64,000 bases of DNA, taken from assembly GCA_964594415.1 (NCBI GenBank), contig CAZQLQ010000001.1, positions 28,850-92,849 of the forward strand. The letters are read 5' to 3'. Within the stretch, counting starts at the first letter, position 1. Every line of letters begins with the position of its first letter. Positions 41,234 through 50,850 of this stretch are shown piece after piece. Source of the stretch: an uncultured Candidatus Saccharibacteria bacterium. Its GTDB lineage: Bacteria; Patescibacteriota; CPR2; UBA1875; CAIMLA01. The notes below the pieces were generated by a model that saw only the letters and a list, made by a program, of their open reading frames with translations, was not told where the DNA came from and did no database searches. The position numbers and the translations under genes were made by a program.

Positions 41234-41239
41234 AAAAGT

Positions 41240-41760
41240 AAATTTTCTGTCATTCTGTCCGACGACTCCAATGAGTTCGTGTCGGACTCCGTTGGAGGAC
41301 TTGTCGAGGGATCTCATTTCTATTACTTTCTCCTTGATGAGAAAGTAATCAAAGAATCAAGAAAAACTGAACTCCTTTTTAAAAAGATTATTCTTTTTTC
41401 GATATATTATAAGGTTTTCCTAGAAAGAATAACTTTTTAAAATAGTCGGTCCTCGGGACGAACAGTTTTTCAAGGGGTTTATTGTTCGAACGAATGTGAA
41501 AACTACCAGGAAAGAGAACTTCCCACTTCGTTCGAAGAATATTGTCCGAATGCAATGAGAACTGTCTTGTAACTTCTCACTCTGTTCGAAGAATATTGTT
41601 CGAGGCGAAGCCGAGAACTACTTTTTTGTCTGTCTTTTTGTCATCCTCGCCTCCCTGTCATTCTGAGCGAAGTCGAAGAATCTCAACCACTTGTCATCCT
41701 CGCGAACGCGGGGATCTATTATCCTCCTTATCACTTTCTCTTGAAATAAAGTAGCGCAAA
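41240..41760. repeat. GC-rich hairpin repeat island, same family as 420-800
   Basis: 41249-41314 is ~85% identical to 634-698. It contains hairpin units gtcattctgagcgaagtcgaagaatctc and gtcATCCTCGCGaaCGCGGGGATct. The 70-aa ORF at 41542-41754 is probably spurious. Confidence 0.6.
41358..41469 (+). repeat. 112-bp direct repeat, copy 1 (pairs with 41764-41875)
   Basis: Identical to copy 2 except for one mismatch (aact vs acct). Confidence 0.85.
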
Positions 41761-41763
41761 GTT

Positions 41764-41875
41764 CAAGAAAAACTGAACTCCTTTTTAAAAAGATTATTCT
41801 TTTTTCGATATATTATAAGGTTTTCCTAGAAAGAATACCTTTTTAAAATAGTCGGTCCTCGGGACGAACAGTTTT
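41764..41875 (+). repeat. 112-bp direct repeat, copy 2
   Basis: See copy 1. The two copies bracket the hairpin-repeat island. Confidence 0.85.
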
Positions 41876-41949
41876 CCGGGGGAATTTTTCAAAATAAATT
41901 TAATTTCGTACACTATATTAATGACTAATTTGGCGTTATAATACTTGTT

Positions 41950-44106
41950 GTGAAAAATGTTTTAGAAGGACTAAACGAACAGCAGAGGGAAGCAGTTCTG
42001 GCCACAGAGGGGCCAGTTTTGATTTTGGCTGGTGCGGGAAGTGGAAAGACAAAGGCGCTTACACATAGAATTGCATATTTGATTTTAGAAAAAAGCGTCT
42101 TACCGCAAAATATTCTTGCAGTTACTTTCACAAATAAAGCAGCTAAAGAGATGTCAAGCAGGGTGGCTGCACTTATCGGTGCGAATTTTAATGTAAATAA
42201 TTATAAAGACTTTGGTATGCCAAGCGTCTTGCCGACAATGGGAACTTTTCATTCTATTTGCGCGAAAATCATGCGCGAAGATGGTCATTACTTAGGCTAT
42301 AAGAGAAGCTTTGCGATTTATGACGAGTCTGACAGTCAGTCAGCGATTAAACAAGCTATTCGGAGTATGTCTGCAGAAGACAACAAGATCTCGGTCCAGA
42401 CTATTAAATCATTTATTTCGGGAGCGAAGAATGAACTCATGGATTCTGACAAATATGCGTCCATGGCAACTGGTTATGTGCAAGAATTTGTGGCACAAGT
42501 ATACCCTAAGTATCAAGAAATATTGAAGAGAAACAATGCTCTAGATTTTGACGACCTGCTAATGCAAACGATCATTCTCTTTATGAAGTTTCCGGAGGTT
42601 TTGAGAAAATATCAATTGATTTGGAGATATATACACATCGACGAATATCAGGACACAAATCATGCACAATATATGTTTGCAAAGCTACTTGCAAAAGAGC
42701 ATAAAAATCTTTGCGTCGTCGGTGATGACTGGCAGTCCATTTATAGTTGGCGCGGAGCAAATTTTCGGAATATTTTAGACTTTGAGCGTGATTATCCAAA
42801 TGCTAAACTTGTCAAGCTAGAACAAAATTATCGTTCCACAAAAGTTATTTTAGATGCTGCACATCAAATAATTTCAAAAAATGAAAATAGAAGCGAAAAG
42901 AAACTTTGGACTGGAAACGAAACAGGATACCCGATAGTTCTAATCGATGCTTTGAATGAACAAGACGAGGGCAGATATATTATTAGAGAAACCGAAAGAT
43001 TAATACGCGAAGAAAATTATCGGTTAAATGATATTGTTATTTTATACAGGACTAATGCACAATCACGAGCAATAGAGGCAGAGCTTCTCAAGTTCAATGT
43101 GCCTTATCGTATTGTCGGCGGGTTTAGATTTTATGAACGCAAAGAAATCAAGGATATGATAGCATACCTCAGAGTTGTGAATTCTGATGATGACTGGGTG
43201 GCTTTTGAGCGTATTATTAATATTCCACCTCGGGGTATCGGTGCTGTTAGTCTAAAAAAACTTATTGATTTCGGCAGAGAAAATAATTTAACTATTTCTG
43301 AAACTCTCGAAAGAGTTAACGAACTTTCCTTAGGTTCCAAGATTATTATCGCGTTAAGCGATTTCGCTCGTACCTTAGAAGTTTTACGAAAATCGAGGAA
43401 AGTCGAAACCTTACCGGAATTAATCGAGCTAACTATTAAGAAGAGCGGATACGAGGCATTTTTAGATGACGGTAATATTACGAATGCGGAGCGCATAGAA
43501 AATTTGAAAGAATTGCTTTCGGTAGCGGCTGAATATGTTTCAAACTATGGAGATTCAAATTTGGAAAACTTCTTGGAGGAGATATCTCTTGTCGCTGACA
43601 TAGATAACTGGAATCCGACAGAAGAGGCAATTACTCTGATGACCCTTCATGCAGCAAAAGGACTTGAATTTAGGGCGGTATTTTTGATTGGCATGGAGGA
43701 GAATCTTTTCCCACACGCAAATTCATCTTTTGATCCTATGCAGTTAGAAGAAGAAAGAAGACTTTGCTATGTAGGTTTTACCAGAGCAAAAGAACGGCTG
43801 TATCTTACTCTCGCTAATAGCAGGCTACTTTACGGGAGAACTCAGTCGAATTCTCCTAGCAGGTTTCTTGCGGACATACCAGCTGGGATTATTACCGGTT
43901 ATGAGTCACTATTTAAGAAAGATGTAAATGATGTACCGGAAGAAGCGATTAGCGGTTATTTTAATTCCGGTGATCTTGTTTCGCATAAGGAATTTGGCAA
44001 GGGCAAGGTAACTGCGATTGACGGAGATGAAATTACTGTAATTTTTGAGAATTATGGAACTAAATGGCTCTCACTTTCTTATGCAAAATTGAAAAAAGTT
44101 AAGTAG
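41950..44106 (+). CDS. pcrA: ATP-dependent DNA helicase PcrA/UvrD family
   Basis: Walker A ILAGAGSGKT and the UvrD helicase motifs; 718 aa. Confidence 0.9.
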   Translation: MKNVLEGLNEQQREAVLATEGPVLILAGAGSGKTKALTHRIAYLILEKSVLPQNILAVTFTNKAAKEMSSRVAALIGANFNVNNYKDFGMPSVLPTMGTFHSICAKIMREDGHYLGYKRSFAIYDESDSQSAIKQAIRSMSAEDNKISVQTIKSFISGAKNELMDSDKYASMATGYVQEFVAQVYPKYQEILKRNNALDFDDLLMQTIILFMKFPEVLRKYQLIWRYIHIDEYQDTNHAQYMFAKLLAKEHKNLCVVGDDWQSIYSWRGANFRNILDFERDYPNAKLVKLEQNYRSTKVILDAAHQIISKNENRSEKKLWTGNETGYPIVLIDALNEQDEGRYIIRETERLIREENYRLNDIVILYRTNAQSRAIEAELLKFNVPYRIVGGFRFYERKEIKDMIAYLRVVNSDDDWVAFERIINIPPRGIGAVSLKKLIDFGRENNLTISETLERVNELSLGSKIIIALSDFARTLEVLRKSRKVETLPELIELTIKKSGYEAFLDDGNITNAERIENLKELLSVAAEYVSNYGDSNLENFLEEISLVADIDNWNPTEEAITLMTLHAAKGLEFRAVFLIGMEENLFPHANSSFDPMQLEEERRLCYVGFTRAKERLYLTLANSRLLYGRTQSNSPSRFLADIPAGIITGYESLFKKDVNDVPEEAISGYFNSGDLVSHKEFGKGKVTAIDGDEITVIFENYGTKWLSLSYAKLKKVK

Positions 44107-44187
44107 GCTTTTTTCTTTACGTAGGGATAATAGATTGTTATTATCTATATTAGGTATTAGATTTTTAAAACCTTGGAGGGCAAAGGG

Positions 44188-47100
44188 TTGTTTGGATATA
44201 AATTTAATAATTTATATATAAATGCTTGTTCTAATATAAAAAATTATAAAGTTACAAAAAAGCTTGAATATCTTACGGTATTTATATTAGTTCTTAGTAT
44301 GCTTAGCTTTCAAGCATACTCATCAACAGAACTCAGGAAATATTTATTTGGTGCTGGGAATGCATTTGCTGGTATTGAAAACGTTAGCGTTGATGTTGGT
44401 GAGGAAGATACGTGCGTAGTGAGAAGTGATGGCACGGTTTGGTGTTGGGGCTGGAACATGTATGAGAACCGCCTAGGAATACCTACTGTCGAAGGGATGT
44501 TTACTAAAGACGCACTTACACCAATTCAAGTAGTGGGTCCTGGAGGTATTGGATATCTAAATAACGTCAAGACGGTAGAAATAGGAGAAGGCCATACTTG
44601 TGCTTTGAAGAATGATGGTACTGTCTGGTGTTGGGGATATAACTATGAGGGAGAACTCGGTGATAATATGAACGAAGAATATAGTCGGACGCCTGTGCAG
44701 GTTATGGGTGCCGGTGGGGTAGGATTCTTAAGTGATATTGTTGAGATAACTATAGGTTCCGATGCTTTCTCTACTTGTGCTTTGAAGAATGATGGTACTG
44801 TCTGGTGTTGGGGATATAACTGGGCTGGTGAGCTTGGAAACGGTTTGGCTGACGTTCAAAGTAATGTTCCTATCCAGGTTGTCGGTCAGGGTGGTTTGGG
44901 GTATCTAACTAATGTGCGTTCAATATCGATGGGAGAAAATACCACTTGCGCAGCAAAAAACGACGGTACCGTATGGTGTTGGGGTAGTAATTTCGGGGGC
45001 GAACTAGGAAATGGGACGGAAAGTGTTGACAGCTATACCCCGATACAGGTAGTTGGAGTTGGGGGTACGGGGTATTTGCAAAACATCAAGTCAGTCGCGC
45101 TAGATTTTTACTCTTGTGCTTTATCGAACGAAAACACGGTTTTTTGCTGGGGTTATGGTAGTGACGGCGAATTGGGGAATGGACAAAATGTTGATAGTTA
45201 TTCGCCAGTTCAAGTTCTCGGAGTAGGCGGCGACGGATATCTGACGGACGTAAAGAAAATTGGGGTCGGGCAAGGTTTTGCATGTGCTTTGAAAAATGAT
45301 GGAACAGTGAATTGCTGGGGTAGTAATTGGTTTGGAGACGGAGCGCTAGGGGATGGTACTTCAAATGACAGTAATACCCCAGTACAGGTAAAAGACCATA
45401 GCGGTAGCGGAAGTCTTACCGGAATTACTGATTTAGATGTTGGATTTGGAGGTGTTGCGTCAATTAGTAACGATGGGCGGATTTATTTGTGGGGTGATTA
45501 TACTCTTGGTAATGGTACTTGGAACACATCCTTATTGCCAACCGCGGTTTTGTATCAAGGTGAAATTACTAGCTACTTAGATAATGTAATATCTCTTAAC
45601 GTTGGCTCTAATCTTCAGTCTTGTGTAATCAAATCGGATGGTTCATTGTTATGTTGGGGCGTATCTCAATCTATTCTAGAGTCCATTTATCCGAAGAAAA
45701 TTCCAGGCCCTAACGGACTTGGATACATGGATAGTGTGAGATCGGTTGATTGGGGAAACGAACATAGTTGTGCGGTCAAAACTGATGGAACCGTATGGTG
45801 TTGGGGAACGAATGCCTATGGCCAACTAGGAGATGAAAGCTACTCGGATAGTTATACACCCGTCCAAGTGGTAGGCGTTGGAGGAACAGGTTATCTAACC
45901 GATGTAGAAACTGTAACAACTGGACGACGATTTTCTTGTGCGCTTAAAACTGATGGTACGGTTTACTGTTGGGGATGGGGGTATAGAGGTATACTAGGTA
46001 ATAATTCTACAAATAACTCAAATACACCCGTCCAGGTGGTAGGCGTTGGAGGAACAGGTTATCTGACTAATATACTTGATGTTGATACTTTTTGGTTACA
46101 TACTTGCGCAATTAGCTCAAGTGGTAGTGCATATTGTTGGGGTGACAACGCGAATTCCAAGCTAGGAGGAACTGCTAGTGCCTACAGCTCTACGCCAGTG
46201 CAAGTTTATGGTACAGGCGGTGTTGGATATCTTGGCAATATTGATAAAATCGATACCATGGTTTCTAGCTCATGTGCTACATTGAGCGATGGAACCGTTT
46301 GGTGTTGGGGATACAATGGAGGAGGTCAGTTAGGGGACAATACGACTGCTCAACGGGATTATCCAGTTCAGGTTCATGGGGTGAATAACCTAGGTTATTT
46401 GCAGAACGTTCAAGAAACTAGCGGAGGCTGGAATCATAACTGTGCACTTACATTTGACGGACTTGTATATTGTTGGGGAAGAAATCAGGAAGGAGAGCTA
46501 GGTATAAATACTATTATTAATAGCCTTACGCCAGTGCAGGTATTGGGAAATAATGGCGTTGGAGTCTTGGAAAATATTATTGAGATTTCTTCAGGATATG
46601 ATTATTCATGTGCTCTTAATAATAATGGATATGTTTATTGTTGGGGTGGTAATGACGACTACGCTCTTGGAATTGGTTGGAGCCTAGATAAGTTGGTGCC
46701 TGTACGAGTTGCTTCTGAAATAGAGATTTGCGAATTTAGTGCTCTAGGGAGCTCTCTTTGTGCAGATAGCGGATCGTCACCGCCAACCACTATCCCTCCC
46801 ACCACCACTCCTCCTACTCCAACTACAACCAAACCAAAATCATCTCCTCTAACTCCTTTTCAACCCGTAGACGAGAATATCGCAGACGAAACTACACCTA
46901 CAACCAGTACCACAACCACGACAACCAGAGAAGAAACAGCAGAAAAGTCAAACTCTTCTTCGGAGAGCGATTCAGATAATAATAATCATGACGGATTCTT
47001 TAAAACCATTAAATCCTATGTCGTAGCTTTTCTTTCTACCTCATCCGATGCAATAGCTAAAGTAAACTACAAGATAACCTCATACTTCACTTCTTCAAAG

Positions 47101-48414
47101 GGTCTTGGTAACTTTTTGGGGATGGTTCCTCCTGCCCTAGCCAGAGTGTTCCCTTGGCTACTTTTCGCCCTCCTTATCTATCTTATCCGCAGATTAATCA
47201 AACAAACCAAGGAAGAAGGTAAGAACGCTCAAGAGATGATAAAGCTTATCGATCTCGAGAAAGCTATCGGAGTCCAGAAAGAAAACTTCGTCAGATTATC
47301 TTCTCATTACCTAAGAACCCCGTTAACAATCATCTCTACTGGCATTGATCTTATGTTTACCCTGGATAAAGTTGAGAAAGAAAAGCAAACCGACCTCTCA
47401 AACGCCCTTAAAGACCTAAATACCAAAGTAGAGGAGATCTTTTCTGATATATCCTCTAATAGATATCTAAACGAGATAACTATTCCAGATATTAAAGAGG
47501 AGAAGATCAAGATTTATGCCTCTCCTTACTTATGGCTACCGATCATCCTAATCGGAGGTATCTCCCTTCTTACCAACTACTTGTTTATCAATATCGCCAA
47601 GATTGATCTCTACACTATTAATCTTATGACCGAAGTAGCTGCCTTTCTCGTTCTTGCTCAGCTTTTCTTTTCTAACTTCAGGAAACGCCAAACCCAAAGG
47701 ATCAAGAATCAAAAATATGAGAAAGAGCTTAAGCTTCAGAAAGTCATCGATGATGCTAGAAATACCTTCATGGAGCAAGTTGCAAGGGATGTTAATGCAA
47801 AAATGATTCCGTTAGAAACCGTCCTTCCTTCGGTAGGTCAAACAGAACACAAGACTGAGATATACAAAGGCCTCTCCGACCTAAAGCAGATGATCTACAA
47901 ATTCACGCTGATTAGCAGTATCAAATCCGAAGGAGCCCTTATTAAACCGAGAGAAATTGACCTATACCGAACAGTCAACGATTATATCAAGGCTAGGCAA
48001 GAAGATATAAAGGCAAAGGGGATTAAGGTTAAACTTTCTAAATCGGACACAATCATAATAACTGACAAAGATAAGTTCTTGTTCATTATCTTCAGTATCA
48101 TCGATAACGCTATCAAGTTTTCTAAAGACAAAGGAAGCATCATTATCAACTGGGAGACAGTAGATAATCGAACTACCATAACCGTGGAAGACGACGGAAT
48201 TGGAATGACTGAAGAAGCCAAAGACCTTCTCTTTAAGCCTTTCGTTAGGGGAACATCTACCCTTAGATTTGATTATGAAGGCATGGGTACTAACCTTTAT
48301 ATCGCCAAACAGATAGCCAATTATTTAAACGGAGATATTTCCCTAGAATCAGAGATAGATAAAGGAACGAAGGTGAGTGTGGTTTCTTGTAGTTATGGTT
48401 ATAGGGTTGATTGA
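44188..48414 (+). CDS. giant sensor histidine kinase with an extracytoplasmic RCC1-repeat beta-propeller array
   Basis: A TTG start 7 nt after GGAGGG, by analogy with the paralog. A signal anchor is followed by more than 13 RCC1-like blades (GTVWCWGxNxxGELGxG...TPVQV), then a Thr/Pro linker, then TM helices. The C-terminus carries HisKA-like SSHYLRTPLTII and HATPase_c EDDGIGM..GMGTNLYIAKQI. Confidence 0.75.
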   Translation: MFGYKFNNLYINACSNIKNYKVTKKLEYLTVFILVLSMLSFQAYSSTELRKYLFGAGNAFAGIENVSVDVGEEDTCVVRSDGTVWCWGWNMYENRLGIPTVEGMFTKDALTPIQVVGPGGIGYLNNVKTVEIGEGHTCALKNDGTVWCWGYNYEGELGDNMNEEYSRTPVQVMGAGGVGFLSDIVEITIGSDAFSTCALKNDGTVWCWGYNWAGELGNGLADVQSNVPIQVVGQGGLGYLTNVRSISMGENTTCAAKNDGTVWCWGSNFGGELGNGTESVDSYTPIQVVGVGGTGYLQNIKSVALDFYSCALSNENTVFCWGYGSDGELGNGQNVDSYSPVQVLGVGGDGYLTDVKKIGVGQGFACALKNDGTVNCWGSNWFGDGALGDGTSNDSNTPVQVKDHSGSGSLTGITDLDVGFGGVASISNDGRIYLWGDYTLGNGTWNTSLLPTAVLYQGEITSYLDNVISLNVGSNLQSCVIKSDGSLLCWGVSQSILESIYPKKIPGPNGLGYMDSVRSVDWGNEHSCAVKTDGTVWCWGTNAYGQLGDESYSDSYTPVQVVGVGGTGYLTDVETVTTGRRFSCALKTDGTVYCWGWGYRGILGNNSTNNSNTPVQVVGVGGTGYLTNILDVDTFWLHTCAISSSGSAYCWGDNANSKLGGTASAYSSTPVQVYGTGGVGYLGNIDKIDTMVSSSCATLSDGTVWCWGYNGGGQLGDNTTAQRDYPVQVHGVNNLGYLQNVQETSGGWNHNCALTFDGLVYCWGRNQEGELGINTIINSLTPVQVLGNNGVGVLENIIEISSGYDYSCALNNNGYVYCWGGNDDYALGIGWSLDKLVPVRVASEIEICEFSALGSSLCADSGSSPPTTIPPTTTPPTPTTTKPKSSPLTPFQPVDENIADETTPTTSTTTTTTREETAEKSNSSSESDSDNNNHDGFFKTIKSYVVAFLSTSSDAIAKVNYKITSYFTSSKGLGNFLGMVPPALARVFPWLLFALLIYLIRRLIKQTKEEGKNAQEMIKLIDLEKAIGVQKENFVRLSSHYLRTPLTIISTGIDLMFTLDKVEKEKQTDLSNALKDLNTKVEEIFSDISSNRYLNEITIPDIKEEKIKIYASPYLWLPIILIGGISLLTNYLFINIAKIDLYTINLMTEVAAFLVLAQLFFSNFRKRQTQRIKNQKYEKELKLQKVIDDARNTFMEQVARDVNAKMIPLETVLPSVGQTEHKTEIYKGLSDLKQMIYKFTLISSIKSEGALIKPREIDLYRTVNDYIKARQEDIKAKGIKVKLSKSDTIIITDKDKFLFIIFSIIDNAIKFSKDKGSIIINWETVDNRTTITVEDDGIGMTEEAKDLLFKPFVRGTSTLRFDYEGMGTNLYIAKQIANYLNGDISLESEIDKGTKVSVVSCSYGYRVD
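46811..48385 (+). repeat. 1575-bp block nucleotide-identical to 61523-63097 (linker, TM and kinase module of both RCC1 kinases)
   Basis: Identical protein translations are seen on three independent frames (track ORFs 47307/47548/47982 equal 62019/62260/62694). The offset is constant at 14712 bp. Identity breaks after 'gtgagtgtggttt'. Confidence 0.85.
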
Positions 48415-48466
48415 CAAAGAACAAAAACGAATCTACAATATTTTTGTCAAAGAGATTTTAATTTAG

Positions 48467-49669
48467 ATGAATATACTACTAAATACGAGGGACCTGTTAA
48501 ACGGGATTTTTGGACGTAAGAATTTCCAGTTCACTTTTTATTTATTGGCCTTTTTTATTATGATACTTGGTGCTAAAGGTGCATATAGCGACAGTTTTGT
48601 CGCTGTTGTTAATACTCCTGTAATTATTAAATATGACGATAAAAAAATTGATTTCGTATCAACGCAAAATACAGTAGGGGGTGCTATCCGTCAAAGCGGG
48701 ATAATATTTGGGGAGTACGATATTACCGAACCGCCCGTTGAATCAATTTTAACTGGAAAGAAAACTGAAATTAGGGTTATTCGAGCCGTACCAGTTCTCA
48801 TATCCGATAACAATCAGGAGCACATTGCTTATTCGGCATATTCTGAACCTAGCGAAATTTTAAAACAGTTGGATATTAATTTTTATCCAGAAGACAAAAT
48901 TTCTGCAGAGTTAATCCTTGATCCTGCTGAGTATAATGCAGCTGGTCAACTCCTTATTATTAAAAGAGCCCCCTCATACAAAGTAAATGTTGATGATGAA
49001 ACTAAGACTATTCGTAGTTGGGGTGGTACTATAGGAGATGTTTTATCTGATGGCCAAATATCTCTTGGCCAGAGGGACATCATCGAGCCTACGACAGAAT
49101 TAAGTTCATATAATATTTTAGAAATAAATATAACAAGGGTCAACACGGCAGACGTATGGGAAGAAAATATAATACCCTTCAGCACTATAACACAAAAAGA
49201 CTATAACATGTTCGAAGGACAAACCAGGATAACTCAAGAAGGAGTGAACGGTTCAAAAAAAGAGTTGATACATATTGTTTACCATAACGGCGTTGAAGTG
49301 GATAGAAGTGTAGTCTCTTCAGAGACAATCTCTTCGCCGACTACAGAAATTGTTATAAAGGGAGTGAAGCCCTATAATGCTGGGATGTGGTGGGATACGA
49401 TTGTTGCAGCAAGTAATATATATGGTGTTGATCCCTCTAAAATGTATAAAGTTATGATTTGTGAAAGCCATGGAAATCCCAATGCAGGGACATATTACAA
49501 AGGGTTATATCAATATTCCGCGAGTACGTGGGCAGGTGCTAGTAGCTTGTATCCTGGAGGAGTATATGCGGGAGCCGCGATTACTGACGGAACGGCTCAG
49601 ATATACGTAACAGCATGGAAAGTATCAAAGCAAGGCTGGAGTGCTTGGCCAACCTGTGGGTATATGTAG
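48467..49669 (+). CDS. RpfB-like protein (DUF348, G5, and Rpf/transglycosylase-like domain)
   Basis: An N-terminal TM, a DUF348-like segment, a G5-like segment, and a C-terminal ICESHGNPNAGTYYKGLYQYSASTWAGA. The last matches the Rpf signature CESGGNW..YYGGLQFS.STW. Confidence 0.6.
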   Translation: MNILLNTRDLLNGIFGRKNFQFTFYLLAFFIMILGAKGAYSDSFVAVVNTPVIIKYDDKKIDFVSTQNTVGGAIRQSGIIFGEYDITEPPVESILTGKKTEIRVIRAVPVLISDNNQEHIAYSAYSEPSEILKQLDINFYPEDKISAELILDPAEYNAAGQLLIIKRAPSYKVNVDDETKTIRSWGGTIGDVLSDGQISLGQRDIIEPTTELSSYNILEINITRVNTADVWEENIIPFSTITQKDYNMFEGQTRITQEGVNGSKKELIHIVYHNGVEVDRSVVSSETISSPTTEIVIKGVKPYNAGMWWDTIVAASNIYGVDPSKMYKVMICESHGNPNAGTYYKGLYQYSASTWAGASSLYPGGVYAGAAITDGTAQIYVTAWKVSKQGWSAWPTCGYM

Positions 49670-49726
49670 ATTCATATTCAAAAAAAGTGCTTATTCAAGT
49701 ATAATTAGGCCCGAAAGGGTTATTTT

Positions 49727-50560
49727 ATGGATCTAACTGATATTACAGATATCAAAAAAACGCTTAAGGCATTTGGAGTCCACAGTAGAAAAGAGCTTGG
49801 CCAGCATTTCTTAATTGATAGTACGGCACTTTCTAATATTATAGAAGCAGCGGACATCAGAAATGATGATACCATACTTGAGATTGGACCAGGGATGGGT
49901 ATTTTAACAAGAGAACTTTGTAGAAGAGCAAAAAGAGTCGTAGCTGTTGAATTAGATGAAGCAATGGTAGGGATAGTAAAGACGACTTGTATCAGGTATT
50001 CAAACCTAGAAGTAAAAAACCAGGATATAATGAAATATAATCCTTCAGATTTAGGCAGATACAAACTGGTTGCCAATCTCCCGTACTACATTACCTCGAT
50101 GGTTATAAGGCGTTTTTTGGAAACCGAGAACAAACCTGAAGAAATGGTAATACTTGTTCAAAAAGAAGTTGCAGAGAGGATATGTGCCAAGCCCTCAAGA
50201 ATGAGTATTCTTGCAGTTTCGGTACAATTTTATGGAGAGCCGACTATAATAGCAAAAGTTCCGCACTCCTCATTTTTCCCAACACCAGGTGTAGATTCTG
50301 CAATTCTCAAGATCAGGCTCTATACTAAGCCACTCTTTCCTAGCGTTGAGCCTGATATTTTTTTTCGAATTGTTAAGGCAGGCTTTAGCGAGAAGAGGAA
50401 GCAGCTAATAAACTCAATTTCTGGGGGGCTAAACATTAGCAGGGATTTTACCGAGAAGCTTCTGTCCGAAGCAGGAATAGATATGATGGCCAGAGCAGAA
50501 TCGCTTTCTATGATTGATTGGCACAATCTTTACAAGGTTTATATGCGAAATAAAGTTTAA
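49727..50560 (+). CDS. rsmA: 16S rRNA (adenine1518/1519-N6)-dimethyltransferase
   Basis: The KELGQHFLID start motif and GPGMGILT SAM motif. Confidence 0.9.
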   Translation: MDLTDITDIKKTLKAFGVHSRKELGQHFLIDSTALSNIIEAADIRNDDTILEIGPGMGILTRELCRRAKRVVAVELDEAMVGIVKTTCIRYSNLEVKNQDIMKYNPSDLGRYKLVANLPYYITSMVIRRFLETENKPEEMVILVQKEVAERICAKPSRMSILAVSVQFYGEPTIIAKVPHSSFFPTPGVDSAILKIRLYTKPLFPSVEPDIFFRIVKAGFSEKRKQLINSISGGLNISRDFTEKLLSEAGIDMMARAESLSMIDWHNLYKVYMRNKV

Positions 50561-50577
50561 TATTTAGGAAAAGGATT

Positions 50578-50850
50578 ATGAAAAGATACAAGATACAAGT
50601 TTTTGGTGACGTTCAGGGTGTTTTCTATCGTCATATAATATCTGATAAGGCCAAGCAATTAAATTTAAATGGTTGGTGCAGAAACGAGCCAGATGGGAGT
50701 GTTTTTATAATCATAGAAAGTGACAATGAAGCGAAAATGAAGAATTTTTTAAAAGCTTGTAAAAAAGGATCACCTCTTTCAAATATAGAGCGTGTTGATA
50801 TGGAAGAGGAGGATTACCTGGAAGACCTAGAAGGTTTTGAAGTCAGATGA
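50578..50850 (+). CDS. acyP: acylphosphatase
   Basis: The VQGVFYR and GWCRN motifs; 90 aa. Confidence 0.85.
   Translation: MKRYKIQVFGDVQGVFYRHIISDKAKQLNLNGWCRNEPDGSVFIIIESDNEAKMKNFLKACKKGSPLSNIERVDMEEEDYLEDLEGFEVR

Noticed and set aside
41542-41754. 70-aa ORF (CHSERSRRIS...) within the repeat island
   Set aside because: It is composed of the hairpin-repeat units, with Cys/Ser/Arg-rich low-complexity translation. It is most likely non-coding.
41240-41880. Possible CRISPR array
   Set aside because: The repeats are heterogeneous in sequence and spacing, with no regular repeat-spacer periodicity and no cas genes. They are better described as REP/MITE-like hairpin elements.
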